Below, in pieces: positions 49,548 to 59,661 of a stretch of 64,000 bases of DNA. Made by a program: the position numbers and the translations under genes. The notes under the pieces were generated by a model. That model was not told where the DNA came from and searched no databases. It worked only from the letters and a program-made list of their open reading frames with translations. The stretch lies in assembly GCF_003790525.1 (NCBI RefSeq), contig NZ_CP033636.1; one strand, written 5' to 3'. The stretch is from Escherichia coli (GTDB lineage: Bacteria; Pseudomonadota; Gammaproteobacteria; Enterobacterales; Enterobacteriaceae). The first letter of the stretch is position 1. Each line of letters begins with the position of its first letter.

Positions 49548-50390
49548 ATGAAAGAAAAGGTAGTTGTTGATAAAGCGATTTCACTCTATACCGAATCATT
49601 CGGCGACCCGGCCCATGAACCCATTATTCTGATCATGGGGGCAATGTCGTCTGCGGTGTGGTGGCCTGATGAGTTTTGTTCCCAACTTGCCAAAATGGGT
49701 CGCTATGTGATCCGGTACGACCACCGTGATACCGGGAAATCAACAAGCTATGAGCCAGGTCAGGCTCCATATTCCGTTGAAGAATTAGCAGATGATGTGG
49801 TTCGCGTCATTGATGGTTATGGTCTGGAAGCTGCTCATTTAGTCGGCATGTCTTTGGGGGGATTTCTTTCCCAGCTTGTAGCTCTCAAGTATCCGAAACG
49901 TGTGAAGAGCTTGACGCTGATTGCTTCAGAACGGCTTGCAGATGCAGATCCGGATATGCCCGCTTTTGATCCTGCCATCATTGAGTATCACCAACGGGCG
50001 GAATCGCTGGATTGGTCTGATAGAGATGCTGTCGTCGCGTATCAGGTCGGAGCGTGGCGAATCAACTCAGGTACTGCGCATGCTTTTGACGCTGAGAAGA
50101 TACAAAACATCGCTGAGTTAAATTTTGATCGCACTCCGAATATCCTGACAACATTCAACCACACTACTTTAGGTGGTGGCGAGAGATGGCTCGGGAGATT
50201 AAATGAGATAGCTGTACCAACTTTGATCATTCACGGCACGGAGGATCCTGTACTTCCTTATGTGCATGGGTTGGCACTGAAAGATGCGATTCGTGGTTCA
50301 AAAATGCTGACACTCGAAGGCACGGGACATGAGTTGCATCATGAAGACTGGCCGAGGATTATCCAGGCGATTAAGGGGCAAACGTCATAG
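49548..50390 (+). CDS. estX: EstX (alpha/beta hydrolase, putative esterase) gene cassette
   Basis: [35 protein letters not shown]...; GMSLGG nucleophile elbow; first cassette of sul3-type array. Confidence 0.8.
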   Translation: MKEKVVVDKAISLYTESFGDPAHEPIILIMGAMSSAVWWPDEFCSQLAKMGRYVIRYDHRDTGKSTSYEPGQAPYSVEELADDVVRVIDGYGLEAAHLVGMSLGGFLSQLVALKYPKRVKSLTLIASERLADADPDMPAFDPAIIEYHQRAESLDWSDRDAVVAYQVGAWRINSGTAHAFDAEKIQNIAELNFDRTPNILTTFNHTTLGGGERWLGRLNEIAVPTLIIHGTEDPVLPYVHGLALKDAIRGSKMLTLEGTGHELHHEDWPRIIQAIKGQTS

Positions 50391-50485
50391 CTATCGGTTG
50401 CACCGTACAACAAGTTGCTGCACCGGAAAAATTACTCGCTGCGCTCGCAATTTTCCGGTGAGCAAGGCGTTAGCGCCCACAACGC

Positions 50486-51094
50486 ATGTCTCTCGCACTC
50501 TTTGACTTCGATGGCACAATTACCACTCGCGAGACGATGCCGGATTTTGTGCGGCGGTCCGTGAGCCGACGTCGACTGCTTGTGGGACAACTGCTTCTGG
50601 CGCCGCTCGTGCTTGGGTATAAGATTGGGATCTTGTCTGGCACCCTGATCCGTCGCGTCATCGTTCGCTTCGCTTACAGCGGCATCCCGGCCTCGGTCCT
50701 GGAGGCCCAAGGTCGTGACTTCGCTCAGAGCTACCTGCCCAATACCCTCCGCGGCGAGGCAATGCAGCGCATCGCATGGCACAAAGCGCAGGGGCACAAG
50801 GTTGTCGTTGTTTCCGGCGGACTTGAGGCTTACTTGGAGCCGTGGTGCGACTCGCACGGCGTTGAGCTCATCTGTTCTTCCTTGCAACAGTCGGACGGAA
50901 TCCTAACGGGCCGCTATGAAGGGCGGCAGTGCGTCTTGACGGAGAAGGCTCGCTTGGTCCGTGAGCGCTACGACCTGGCGACATATCCGACCATCTACGC
51001 GTACGGAGACACGCCGGAGGACCTGGATATGCTGGCCATTGCTACTAAGCAGTACTATCAGTGGCAAGAGGTTGGCGTCGCAGGTGGGCGCTAA
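50486..51094 (+). CDS. psp: Psp (HAD-family putative phosphoserine phosphatase) gene cassette
   Basis: MSLALFDFDGTITTRE HAD motif I; second cassette. Confidence 0.8.
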   Translation: MSLALFDFDGTITTRETMPDFVRRSVSRRRLLVGQLLLAPLVLGYKIGILSGTLIRRVIVRFAYSGIPASVLEAQGRDFAQSYLPNTLRGEAMQRIAWHKAQGHKVVVVSGGLEAYLEPWCDSHGVELICSSLQQSDGILTGRYEGRQCVLTEKARLVRERYDLATYPTIYAYGDTPEDLDMLAIATKQYYQWQEVGVAGGR

Positions 51095-51151
51095 CAAGTC
51101 ATTCAAGCCGACGCCGCTTCGCGGCGCGGCTTAATTCTGGTGTTAGACATC

Positions 51152-51943
51152 ATGAGGGTAGCGGTGACCATCGAAATTTCGAACCAACTATCAGAGGTGC
51201 TAAGCGTCATTGAGCGCCATCTGGAATCAACGTTGCTGGCCGTGCATTTGTACGGCTCCGCAGTGGATGGCGGCCTGAAGCCATACAGCGATATTGATTT
51301 GTTGGTTACTGTGGCCGTAAAGCTTGATGAAACGACGCGGCGAGCATTGCTCAATGACCTTATGGAGGCTTCGGCTTTCCCTGGCGAGAGCGAGACGCTC
51401 CGCGCTATAGAAGTCACCCTTGTCGTGCATGACGACATCATCCCGTGGCGTTATCCGGCTAAGCGCGAGCTGCAATTTGGAGAATGGCAGCGCAATGACA
51501 TTCTTGCGGGTATCTTCGAGCCAGCCATGATCGACATTGATCTAGCTATCCTGCTTACAAAAGCAAGAGAACATAGCGTTGCCTTGGTAGGTCCGGCAGC
51601 GGAGGAATTCTTTGACCCGGTTCCTGAACAGGATCTATTCGAGGCGCTGAGGGAAACCTTGAAGCTATGGAACTCGCAGCCCGACTGGGCCGGCGATGAG
51701 CGAAATGTAGTGCTTACGTTGTCCCGCATTTGGTACAGCGCAATAACCGGCAAAATCGCGCCGAAGGATGTCGCTGCCGACTGGGCAATAAAACGCCTAC
51801 CTGCCCAGTATCAGCCCGTCTTACTTGAAGCTAAGCAAGCTTATCTGGGACAAAAAGAAGATCACTTGGCCTCACGCGCAGATCACTTGGAAGAATTTAT
51901 TCGCTTTGTGAAAGGCGAGATCATCAAGTCAGTTGGTAAATGA
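51152..51943 (+). CDS. aadA2: aminoglycoside 3''-adenylyltransferase AadA2 (streptomycin/spectinomycin)
   Basis: MRVAVTIEISNQLSEVLSVIERHLESTLLAVHLYGSAVDGGLKP...; followed by about 60-bp attC. Confidence 0.9.
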   Translation: MRVAVTIEISNQLSEVLSVIERHLESTLLAVHLYGSAVDGGLKPYSDIDLLVTVAVKLDETTRRALLNDLMEASAFPGESETLRAIEVTLVVHDDIIPWRYPAKRELQFGEWQRNDILAGIFEPAMIDIDLAILLTKAREHSVALVGPAAEEFFDPVPEQDLFEALRETLKLWNSQPDWAGDERNVVLTLSRIWYSAITGKIAPKDVAADWAIKRLPAQYQPVLLEAKQAYLGQKEDHLASRADHLEEFIRFVKGEIIKSVGK

Positions 51944-52076
51944 TGTCTAACAATTCGTTCAAGCCGACCGCGCTACGCGCGGCGGCTTAACTCCGGCGTT
52001 GGGCGCACAATAAGGCTCCTTGCAGAGTTGCTTGAAAGTTGTTACGATTCAAATTCAATCATGAGATAGTCAGCAG

Positions 52077-52106
52077 ATGAGCACTTCCAAGAACGCAGAC
52101 AAGTAA
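52077..52106 (+). CDS. cmlA leader peptide (MSTSKNADK) of translational attenuator
   Basis: 9-codon ORF about 100 bp upstream of cmlA1 start, as in inducible cmlA. Confidence 0.7.
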   Translation: MSTSKNADK

Positions 52107-52204
52107 GCCGCAGCAACCTTCATTTTTCGGTTGTTGCGGCGTTCTCATGAATCCTTTTGCTCTACGGGAGCGCCGCCAAATCCTTTGTTCAAGGAGATGG
52201 TTTC

Positions 52205-53464
52205 GTGAGCTCAAAAAACTTTAGTTGGCGGTACTCCCTTGCCGCCACGGTGTTGTTGTTATCACCGTTCGATTTATTGGCATCACTCGGCATGGACATG
52301 TACTTGCCAGCAGTGCCGTTTATGCCAAACGCGCTTGGTACGACAGCGAGCACAATTCAGCTTACGCTGACAACGTACTTGGTCATGATTGGTGCCGGTC
52401 AGCTCTTGTTTGGACCGCTATCGGACCGACTGGGGCGCCGCCCCGTTCTACTGGGAGGTGGCCTCGCCTACGTTGTGGCGTCAATGGGCCTCGCTCTTAC
52501 GTCATCGGCTGAAGTCTTTCTGGGGCTTCGGATTCTTCAGGCTTGTGGTGCCTCGGCGTGCCTTGTTTCCACATTTGCAACAGTACGTGACATTTACGCA
52601 GGTCGCGAGGAAAGTAATGTCATTTACGGCATACTCGGATCCATGCTGGCCATGGTCCCGGCGGTAGGCCCATTGCTCGGAGCGCTCGTCGACATGTGGC
52701 TTGGGTGGCGGGCTATCTTTGCGTTTCTAGGTTTGGGCATGATCGCTGCATCTGCAGCAGCGTGGCGATTCTGGCCTGAAACCCGGGTGCAACGAGTTGC
52801 GGGCTTGCAATGGTCGCAGCTGCTACTCCCCGTTAAGTGCCTGAACTTCTGGTTGTACACGTTGTGTTACGCCGCTGGAATGGGTAGCTTCTTCGTCTTT
52901 TTCTCCATTGCGCCCGGACTAATGATGGGCAGGCAAGGTGTGTCTCAGCTTGGCTTCAGCCTGCTGTTCGCCACAGTGGCAATTGCCATGGTGTTTACGG
53001 CTCGTTTTATGGGGCGTGTGATACCCAAGTGGGGCAGCCCAAGTGTCTTGCGAATGGGAATGGGATGCCTGATAGCTGGAGCAGTATTGCTTGCCATCAC
53101 CGAAATATGGGCTTTGCAGTCCGTGTTAGGCTTTATTGCTCCAATGTGGCTAGTGGGTATTGGTGTCGCCACAGCGGTATCTGTGGCGCCCAATGGCGCT
53201 CTTCGAGGATTCGACCATGTTGCTGGAACGGTCACGGCAGTCTACTTCTGCTTGGGCGGTGTACTGCTAGGAAGCATCGGAACGTTGATCATTTCGCTGT
53301 TGCCGCGCAACACGGCTTGGCCGGTTGTCGTGTACTGTTTGACCCTTGCAACAGTCGTGCTCGGTCTGTCTTGTGTTTCCCGAGTGAAGGGCTCTCGCGG
53401 CCAGGGGGAGCATGATGTGGTCGCGCTACAAAGTGCGGAAAGTACATCAAATCCCAATCGTTGA
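52205..53464 (+). CDS. cmlA1: chloramphenicol efflux MFS transporter CmlA1 (419 aa, GTG start)
   Basis: AAGGAG RBS then GTG; VSSKNFSWRYSLAATVLLLSPFDLLASLGMDMYLP... recognised CmlA. Confidence 0.9.
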   Translation: MSSKNFSWRYSLAATVLLLSPFDLLASLGMDMYLPAVPFMPNALGTTASTIQLTLTTYLVMIGAGQLLFGPLSDRLGRRPVLLGGGLAYVVASMGLALTSSAEVFLGLRILQACGASACLVSTFATVRDIYAGREESNVIYGILGSMLAMVPAVGPLLGALVDMWLGWRAIFAFLGLGMIAASAAAWRFWPETRVQRVAGLQWSQLLLPVKCLNFWLYTLCYAAGMGSFFVFFSIAPGLMMGRQGVSQLGFSLLFATVAIAMVFTARFMGRVIPKWGSPSVLRMGMGCLIAGAVLLAITEIWALQSVLGFIAPMWLVGIGVATAVSVAPNGALRGFDHVAGTVTAVYFCLGGVLLGSIGTLIISLLPRNTAWPVVVYCLTLATVVLGLSCVSRVKGSRGQGEHDVVALQSAESTSNPNR

Positions 53465-53556
53465 GAGAATGTGGCAAGCTATCGCCCAACAAATCGCTGC
53501 AGCCGACCCAAAACCGCTACGCGGTTTCGGTCGGCTGAGCTCAGGCGTTAAACATC

Positions 53557-54348
53557 ATGAGGGAAGCGGTGATCGCCGAAGTATCGACTCAACTATCAGA
53601 GGTAGTTGGCGTCATCGAGCGCCATCTCGAACCGACGTTGCTGGCCGTACATTTGTACGGCTCCGCAGTGGATGGCGGCCTGAAGCCACACAGTGATATT
53701 GATTTGCTGGTTACGGTGACCGTAAGGCTTGATGAAACAACGCGGCGAGCTTTGATCAACGACCTTTTGGAAACTTCGGCTTCCCCTGGAGAGAGCGAGA
53801 TTCTCCGCGCTGTAGAAGTCACCATTGTTGTGCACGACGACATCATTCCGTGGCGTTATCCAGCTAAGCGCGAACTGCAATTTGGAGAATGGCAGCGCAA
53901 TGACATTCTTGCAGGTATCTTCGAGCCAGCCACGATCGACATTGATCTGGCTATCTTGCTGACAAAAGCAAGAGAACATAGCGTTGCCTTGGTAGGTCCA
54001 GCGGCGGAGGAACTCTTTGATCCGGTTCCTGAACAGGATCTATTTGAGGCGCTAAATGAAACCTTAACGCTATGGAACTCGCCGCCCGACTGGGCTGGCG
54101 ATGAGCGAAATGTAGTGCTTACGTTGTCCCGCATTTGGTACAGCGCAGTAACCGGCAAAATCGCGCCGAAGGATGTCGCTGCCGACTGGGCAATGGAGCG
54201 CCTGCCGGCCCAGTATCAGCCCGTCATACTTGAAGCTAGACAGGCTTATCTTGGACAAGAAGAAGATCGCTTGGCCTCCCGCGCAGATCAGTTGGAAGAA
54301 TTTGTTCACTACGTGAAAGGCGAGATCACCAAGGTAGTCGGCAAATAA
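53557..54348 (+). CDS. aadA1: aminoglycoside 3''-adenylyltransferase AadA1
   Basis: MREAVIAEVSTQLSEVVGVIERHLEPTLLAVHLYGSAVDGGLKPHSDIDLL... recognised AadA1. Confidence 0.9.
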   Translation: MREAVIAEVSTQLSEVVGVIERHLEPTLLAVHLYGSAVDGGLKPHSDIDLLVTVTVRLDETTRRALINDLLETSASPGESEILRAVEVTIVVHDDIIPWRYPAKRELQFGEWQRNDILAGIFEPATIDIDLAILLTKAREHSVALVGPAAEELFDPVPEQDLFEALNETLTLWNSPPDWAGDERNVVLTLSRIWYSAVTGKIAPKDVAADWAMERLPAQYQPVILEARQAYLGQEEDRLASRADQLEEFVHYVKGEITKVVGK

Positions 54349-54517
54349 TGTCTAACAATTCGTTCAAGCCGACGCCGCTTCGCGGCGCGGCTTAACTCAA
54401 GCGTTAGATGCCAGATTTGGCGTTGCGTATGCTCACAGAAAATCGACAGCCGCAAGACTGTTTTTGGCAACTCATAGCCACCACTATTTATCCTTCATAC
54501 CGTAGAGGAGATTGCAC

Positions 54518-54850
54518 GTGAAGAACTGGCTCTTTCTGGCTATTGCAATATTTGGTGAGGTCGTCGCAACTTCCGCACTGAAGTCCAGCCATGGATTCAC
54601 CAAGTTAGTTCCTTCTGTTGTAGTTGTGGCTGGCTACGGGCTTGCGTTCTATTTCCTCTCTCTCGCACTCAAGTCCATCCCGGTCGGCATTGCTTATGCT
54701 GTTTGGGCTGGCCTCGGCATCGTACTTGTGGCAGCTATCGCTTGGATCTTCCATGGCCAGAAACTAGACTTGTGGGCGTTCGTTGGCATGGGACTTATCG
54801 TTAGTGGCGTCGCCGTTCTAAATCTGCTATCCAAGGTCAGCGCACATTGA
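54518..54850 (+). CDS. qacH: SMR-family quaternary ammonium compound efflux protein QacH (GTG start, about 110 aa)
   Basis: [27 protein letters not shown]...; followed by aadA-type attC; last cassette. Confidence 0.8.
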   Translation: MKNWLFLAIAIFGEVVATSALKSSHGFTKLVPSVVVVAGYGLAFYFLSLALKSIPVGIAYAVWAGLGIVLVAAIAWIFHGQKLDLWAFVGMGLIVSGVAVLNLLSKVSAH

Positions 54851-55096
54851 TCGGGCTGGCATCTAACAGTTCATTCAAGCCGACGCCGCTTCGCGGCGCG
54901 GCTTAATTCAGGTGTTAGTCGGACGCCTACGGCGCCGAGGAAAAAAGAAACCAAACCATTCTTGCTGCCAAAGAGAAAAACCCCTTACGGTGGCGTACTG
55001 GGAAAGTGCGTATCTACGACGCCTTGCCGGTCTCAATGTCATGCCGTCCTCTTTCGAAGGCTGCTTGATGCAAACCTCTCAAAAATCTGGCATAAA

Positions 55097-55783
55097 CTAT
55101 CTTGACATATTCCGATTGAACACCTTCCGAATATCAGCGGCTATCAGCGGGATCTCATCTTTTTTCGTGACGTAGGAGTGGGCATTCTGCTGCAGATGAA
55201 ACTGGCAGCGTTGCCACAGAATTCCAGGGAAGACAGCATCGATTGCCGCGCGCAGTCCTGAGTGGTCATCACTGGTGATCATTCGCAGGCCGTGCATCCC
55301 TCGTCGTACGAGACCCTCGAGAAAGGAACGCCAGTTTACCTCTGCCTCACTGTTCGCGACTTCGGCGTCAAGAATATGCCGATTCCCGCTGTAATCAACG
55401 CCAATAGCCACTAGAAGCGCCTGCTTGACCACATGGGAACCGACGCGAACCGATTCATAGGTCGCATCAAGTACCAAGTATTGAATCTGTCCGACAGGCT
55501 GCGCCTTCCAAGACGTAATCTCTTCATCGAGCTCCTTTGCCAGCCTGCTGACCTGGGACGAGCTGACTTCGGTGCCACAAAGAATTTCGACGATATCCGA
55601 GACCCTGCGGGTACTTACTCCTTTGACATACATTTCGGCGATGGCGAGCTTGAGAGCACGCTCACTGCGCATGCCTTTCTCGATGCAGCTGGGATAAAAC
55701 TCCATCCCGCGAACTTGTGGTACTTTCAAGAGGACTTTCCCGGTCGCAAGATTGAATATTGGATTATTTGGATTTACCAACAA
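55097..55783 (-). pseudogene. IS256-family (mutator-type) transposase fragment, IS440-like remnant
   Basis: ...ALKLAIAEMYVKGVSTRRV... mutator-family core; N-terminal region missing; abrupt drop in GC at about 55775. Confidence 0.6.
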
Positions 55784-56029
55784 ACACTACTATTTAGCTA
55801 CGAAAACTCAAGAGAAGTACACAAAACCTTTTGGAAGTGATGGAAGTTTAAGTCCTCTTGATTATAGTGTAGGTATTGGAACAGGTTTAGAATTAGGACA
55901 TTTCCAGTTTATGTTTGGCTATGATTACCCTCTTAGTAACAGTTCGAAAGATCCAGACCTAAGTCAAGTACGCCAACACAACTTCAGAGCAAGTATAGCA
56001 TATTCATTTAGAAAGCTAAAAAAATAAAA

Positions 56030-56821
56030 CTAACCTAGGGCTTTGGATATTTTCAAGGCATCTGATAAAGACTTAACATCATGGGTGCGGAGATAATCTG
56101 CACCTTTTTTGTATGCATACATTTCTGCTGCAAGAGTTGGTGCTAAACGAGATTTCACATCGGTTCCAGTTATTTTACCTAAGAATGATTTCCGTGACAC
56201 TGCAATCATTACTTGCAAATTAAAAGCTTCTTGAATTTCAGGGAAACGCTTCAAAACAAGAATAGATGTTTCTGGATTAGAGCCTAAAAAGAAGCCCATA
56301 CCCGGATCAAGAATAATTCGTTCACGCTTTACACCAGCCTCAACTAAAGCAGCAATTCTTTCTTTAAAAAATTCCATCATGGAAGTAAAAACCTCTTCCG
56401 GATTCGTTTCAACTTTAGTAGCTGCACCAATTCGCTGAACGGAGTGCATCAACACAAGTTTGCAATCTGACTTTGCCAAGCCTGAATAAATCTCAGGATA
56501 AGGAAAACCTTGAATATCATTAATAAAATCAACCTTTTGTTCTATGCAAAAACTCTGAACCTCAGGTTTAAATGTATCAACAGAAATAGAAATGCCTTTT
56601 TCTTTTAAAGCCTTAATGACAGGTTTGAGTCTTTTGATTTCTTCCACAACGCCCACTTCAGTTGTATCAGGATTACTGGAAGCGGCTCCCAAATCAATCA
56701 CATCTGCTCCATCTTCAACCAAATGCAGAGCATGCTCAATTGCCTTATCTGTATCTAAATAAAGTCCTCCATCGGAAAAACTATCGGTGGTTATATTTAC
56801 GATTCCAAAAATCTTGCTCAT
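56030..56821 (-). CDS. sul3: sulfonamide-resistant dihydropteroate synthase Sul3 (263 aa)
   Basis: MSKIFGIVNITTDSFSDGGLYLDTDKAIEHALHLVEDGADVIDLGAASSNPDTTEV... recognised Sul3; AT-rich segment. Confidence 0.9.
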   Translation of the reverse strand: MSKIFGIVNITTDSFSDGGLYLDTDKAIEHALHLVEDGADVIDLGAASSNPDTTEVGVVEEIKRLKPVIKALKEKGISISVDTFKPEVQSFCIEQKVDFINDIQGFPYPEIYSGLAKSDCKLVLMHSVQRIGAATKVETNPEEVFTSMMEFFKERIAALVEAGVKRERIILDPGMGFFLGSNPETSILVLKRFPEIQEAFNLQVMIAVSRKSFLGKITGTDVKSRLAPTLAAEMYAYKKGADYLRTHDVKSLSDALKISKALG

Positions 56822-57289
56822 ATCATTTTGCTTTGATTACAAAAGTAGCATTTATCTTAATTGACTAATTATCACTTACGCAAATTGACACATTTTCCCT
56901 ATCTTTGCAGCCTAATTTTTTTGTTTTAATTCATTATGAAAACTGATAGGAACTGTCATTTCGAGTTTTTCGCGGTTTTGGGTCAAAATTCGGTTTTTTC
57001 CCCGAACTACGACTGTTTTCGCACCCCGAACAACTAATCCAATCAGAATTTTCCGGCAACGCCGACTCCAAGAAGTGTAATTCCAGTCTATTTCTGCCGT
57101 CAACCCCTGATTCGCGTTAATGCGACAAAGCTCAAACACATAACTCCCCCACGAAGCCATATAAACTCCGATTTCGAGGTGTTATCCTGTTCCGCATAAA
57201 CTTCGTTTTTGGGTATTATACCTACACCAAAGCAAGAAGATTATGGGTCCAAACTTCATTTGTATATTTTGCAAACAAATATCTGCCTG

Positions 57290-57535
57290 TCATATCTGTC
57301 GGAGTGTGGTGATACTCCTTTGCATTAAAAATGCGCTGATAAAAGGTAGTTCAGCAAAAGGCGAAACGCCAATAAATATATCTATAACCGGTTTCGCCCG
57401 TTGATTGGGTATCGCCGTGCTTCCGATATGTTCAATGGCTACGGCATGAGAACCGAAAAAATGGAGCAATTTTATTTTCTCTTCTTCAAAATTCTTTGTC
57501 CAATCCGGGTTATATTCCATAATTTCAATTTTCAT
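57290..57535 (-). CDS. small hypothetical protein (81 aa), possibly a gene fragment
   Basis: ORF track only; AT-rich sul3-associated segment. Confidence 0.3.
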   Translation of the reverse strand: MKIEIMEYNPDWTKNFEEEKIKLLHFFGSHAVAIEHIGSTAIPNQRAKPVIDIFIGVSPFAELPFISAFLMQRSITTLRQI

Positions 57536-57572
57536 GATAGTTTCGTCCTTGCCTCAAAAACCATGTTTGGTA

Positions 57573-58436
57573 TTATACTCCATATCTCTCCGGTGCAGGA
57601 ATAGCCTTTTCTGATGCACGGCTAACAGCTTCCCATTCTTCCCAGGTAGCCATCCGTGCTTTTAAGGTATCCATCGCCAAATCGTATACCATGCTGCCAA
57701 GGATAAGCCTCAAAGGCGGATTATTGCTGGCTACTAATTTCATAAGGGCTTCCGCTGCCAAGGAAGGATCACTATCGACCGAATCTTCGGAATACTGTTT
57801 CGCCAGCTCATCGCGCAGTGTACCGTATGAATCTAATGGATTGCTGTAACTCATCGAAGTGTATAAATCTGTCCAATATCCTCCTGGTTCCACCATAGTG
57901 AGTTTCACTCCGAAATGTTCCGCTTCTTTTGCTAAGGCTTCACTCATTCCTTCCAGCGCAAATTTACTTGCACTGTAAATACCAGACATCGGACCCGAGA
58001 TAATAGCGCCAATGCTTGTAATCTGTATGATATGTCCAGAACGCTGCGACCTCAAATAGGGCATCACTGCCTGACAAACCCAAAGAGCTCCAAAAAAGTT
58101 TGTGTCCATTAGTTTCCGAGCATCGGATTCGTTTAGTTCTTCAATCATACCCATAGTCATGATACCCGCATTATTAACAACAATATCAAGCCTACCGAAA
58201 TGTTTAACTGCTGTTTCAACCGTAGAAAAAACAGCCTCCCTATCTGTAACATCGAGGTTTAATGGCAGTAAGCTCTCTTGATATGTTTCTTCTAGCTTCG
58301 CCAAATTATCGATAGTCCTTGCAACTGCAACAACTTTATCCCCGGCTTTCAAGGCGGCGCATGTAAAAGCATAGCCAAGCCCCTTGCTTGCTCCGGTAAT
58401 AAACCATACTCTTTTATTTTCGCTATTAGGTATCAT
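57573..58436 (-). CDS. short-chain dehydrogenase/reductase (SDR) family protein (287 aa)
   Basis: TGASKGLG cofactor motif, NNAG, and S-x(n)-YSASK catalytic motif. Confidence 0.7.
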   Translation of the reverse strand: MIPNSENKRVWFITGASKGLGYAFTCAALKAGDKVVAVARTIDNLAKLEETYQESLLPLNLDVTDREAVFSTVETAVKHFGRLDIVVNNAGIMTMGMIEELNESDARKLMDTNFFGALWVCQAVMPYLRSQRSGHIIQITSIGAIISGPMSGIYSASKFALEGMSEALAKEAEHFGVKLTMVEPGGYWTDLYTSMSYSNPLDSYGTLRDELAKQYSEDSVDSDPSLAAEALMKLVASNNPPLRLILGSMVYDLAMDTLKARMATWEEWEAVSRASEKAIPAPERYGV

Positions 58437-58581
58437 AGATATTCTCCTTTAGGCTATTATAGAAAGATTATTATAAGCGAAATTAATACCGTTAAACGCC
58501 ATGAGCCCGACAATTTTGAGCACTTTGTTTTGTACTCCCAGAAGCTCACCACTACAAATTATCATCAACCCGGTCCTTTTT

Positions 58582-58841
58582 TCAGTCCACTTGCGGTTTC
58601 ATTGTTACTTTGTCATAGCGTCGTGTCAGAATGCGGCAGAGAACAGCGTTTACTATCAACGCAACACCAGACCAGAAAAACCATGTATTAACACCTATAA
58701 CCTCAACAACCGGACCTGCAACAAGTAAGCCTATCGGCATAGAAAGAGTCATGGCGGTCATCAAAAGGGAAAACACCTTGCCCATCATTTCAGGGGCAAT
58801 GCTTTCTTGAACATAAGCCATAACAGGAACATTCATAAATG
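58582..58841 (-). pseudogene. mef(B): 3-prime fragment of macrolide efflux MFS gene mef(B), truncated by IS26
   Basis: MFS C-terminal helices ...AYVQESIAPEMMGKVFSLLMTAMTLSMPIGLLVAGPVVEVIG...; frame runs into IS26 end at 58842. Confidence 0.5.
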
Positions 58842-59661
58842 GGCACTGTTGCAAAGTTAGCGATGAGGCAGCCTTTTGTCTTATTCAAAGGCCTTACATT
58901 TCAAAAACTCTGCTTACCAGGCGCATTTCGCCCAGGGGATCACCATAATAAAATGCTGAGGCCTGGCCTTTGCGTAGTGCACGCATCACCTCAATACCTT
59001 TGATGGTGGCGTAAGCCGTCTTCATGGATTTAAATCCCAGCGTGGCGTTGATTATCCGTTTCAGTTTGCCATGATCGCATTCAATCACGTTGTTCCGGTA
59101 CTTAATCTGTCGGTGTTCAACGTCAGACGGGCACCGGCCTTCGCGTTTGAGCAGAGCAAGCGCGCGACCATAGGCGGGCGCTTTATCCGTGTTGATGAAT
59201 CGTGGGATCTGCCACTTCTTCACGTTGTTGAGGATTTTACCCAGAAACCGGTATGCAGCTTTGCTGTTACGACGGGAGGAGAGATAAAAATCGACAGTGC
59301 GGCCCCGGCTGTCGACGGCCCGGTACAGATACGCCCAGCGGCCATTGACCTTCACGTAGGTTTCATCCATGTGCCACGGGCAAAGATCGGAAGGGTTACG
59401 CCAGTACCAGCGCAGCCGTTTTTCCATTTCAGGCGCATAACGCTGAACCCAGCGGTAAATCGTGGAGTGATCGACATTCACTCCGCGTTCAGCCAGCATC
59501 TCCTGCAGCTCACGGTAACTGATGCCGTATTTGCAGTACCAGCGTACGGCCCACAGAATGATGTCACGCTGAAAATGCCGGCCTTTGAATGGGTTCATGT
59601 GCAGCTCCATCAGCAAAAGGGGATGATAAGTTTATCACCACCGACTATTTGCAACAGTGCC
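58842..59661 (-). mobile_element. IS26 (820 bp), second copy, inverted relative to the first
   Basis: Terminal repeats GGCACTGTTGCAAA / TTTGCAACAGTGCC; internal sequence identical to first copy. Confidence 0.95.
58894..59598 (-). CDS. tnpA: IS26 transposase Tnp26
   Basis: Identical protein to first IS26 copy. Confidence 0.95.
   Translation of the reverse strand: MNPFKGRHFQRDIILWAVRWYCKYGISYRELQEMLAERGVNVDHSTIYRWVQRYAPEMEKRLRWYWRNPSDLCPWHMDETYVKVNGRWAYLYRAVDSRGRTVDFYLSSRRNSKAAYRFLGKILNNVKKWQIPRFINTDKAPAYGRALALLKREGRCPSDVEHRQIKYRNNVIECDHGKLKRIINATLGFKSMKTAYATIKGIEVMRALRKGQASAFYYGDPLGEMRLVSRVFEM

Noticed and set aside
51103-54309. Minus-strand ORFs overlapping aadA2, cmlA1 and aadA1 (for example 51451..51753, 52945..53235, 53856..54158)
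   Set aside because: Antisense to well-characterised resistance genes in GC-rich DNA; the 53412..53696 ORF is an out-of-frame overlap of cmlA1 end and aadA1 start
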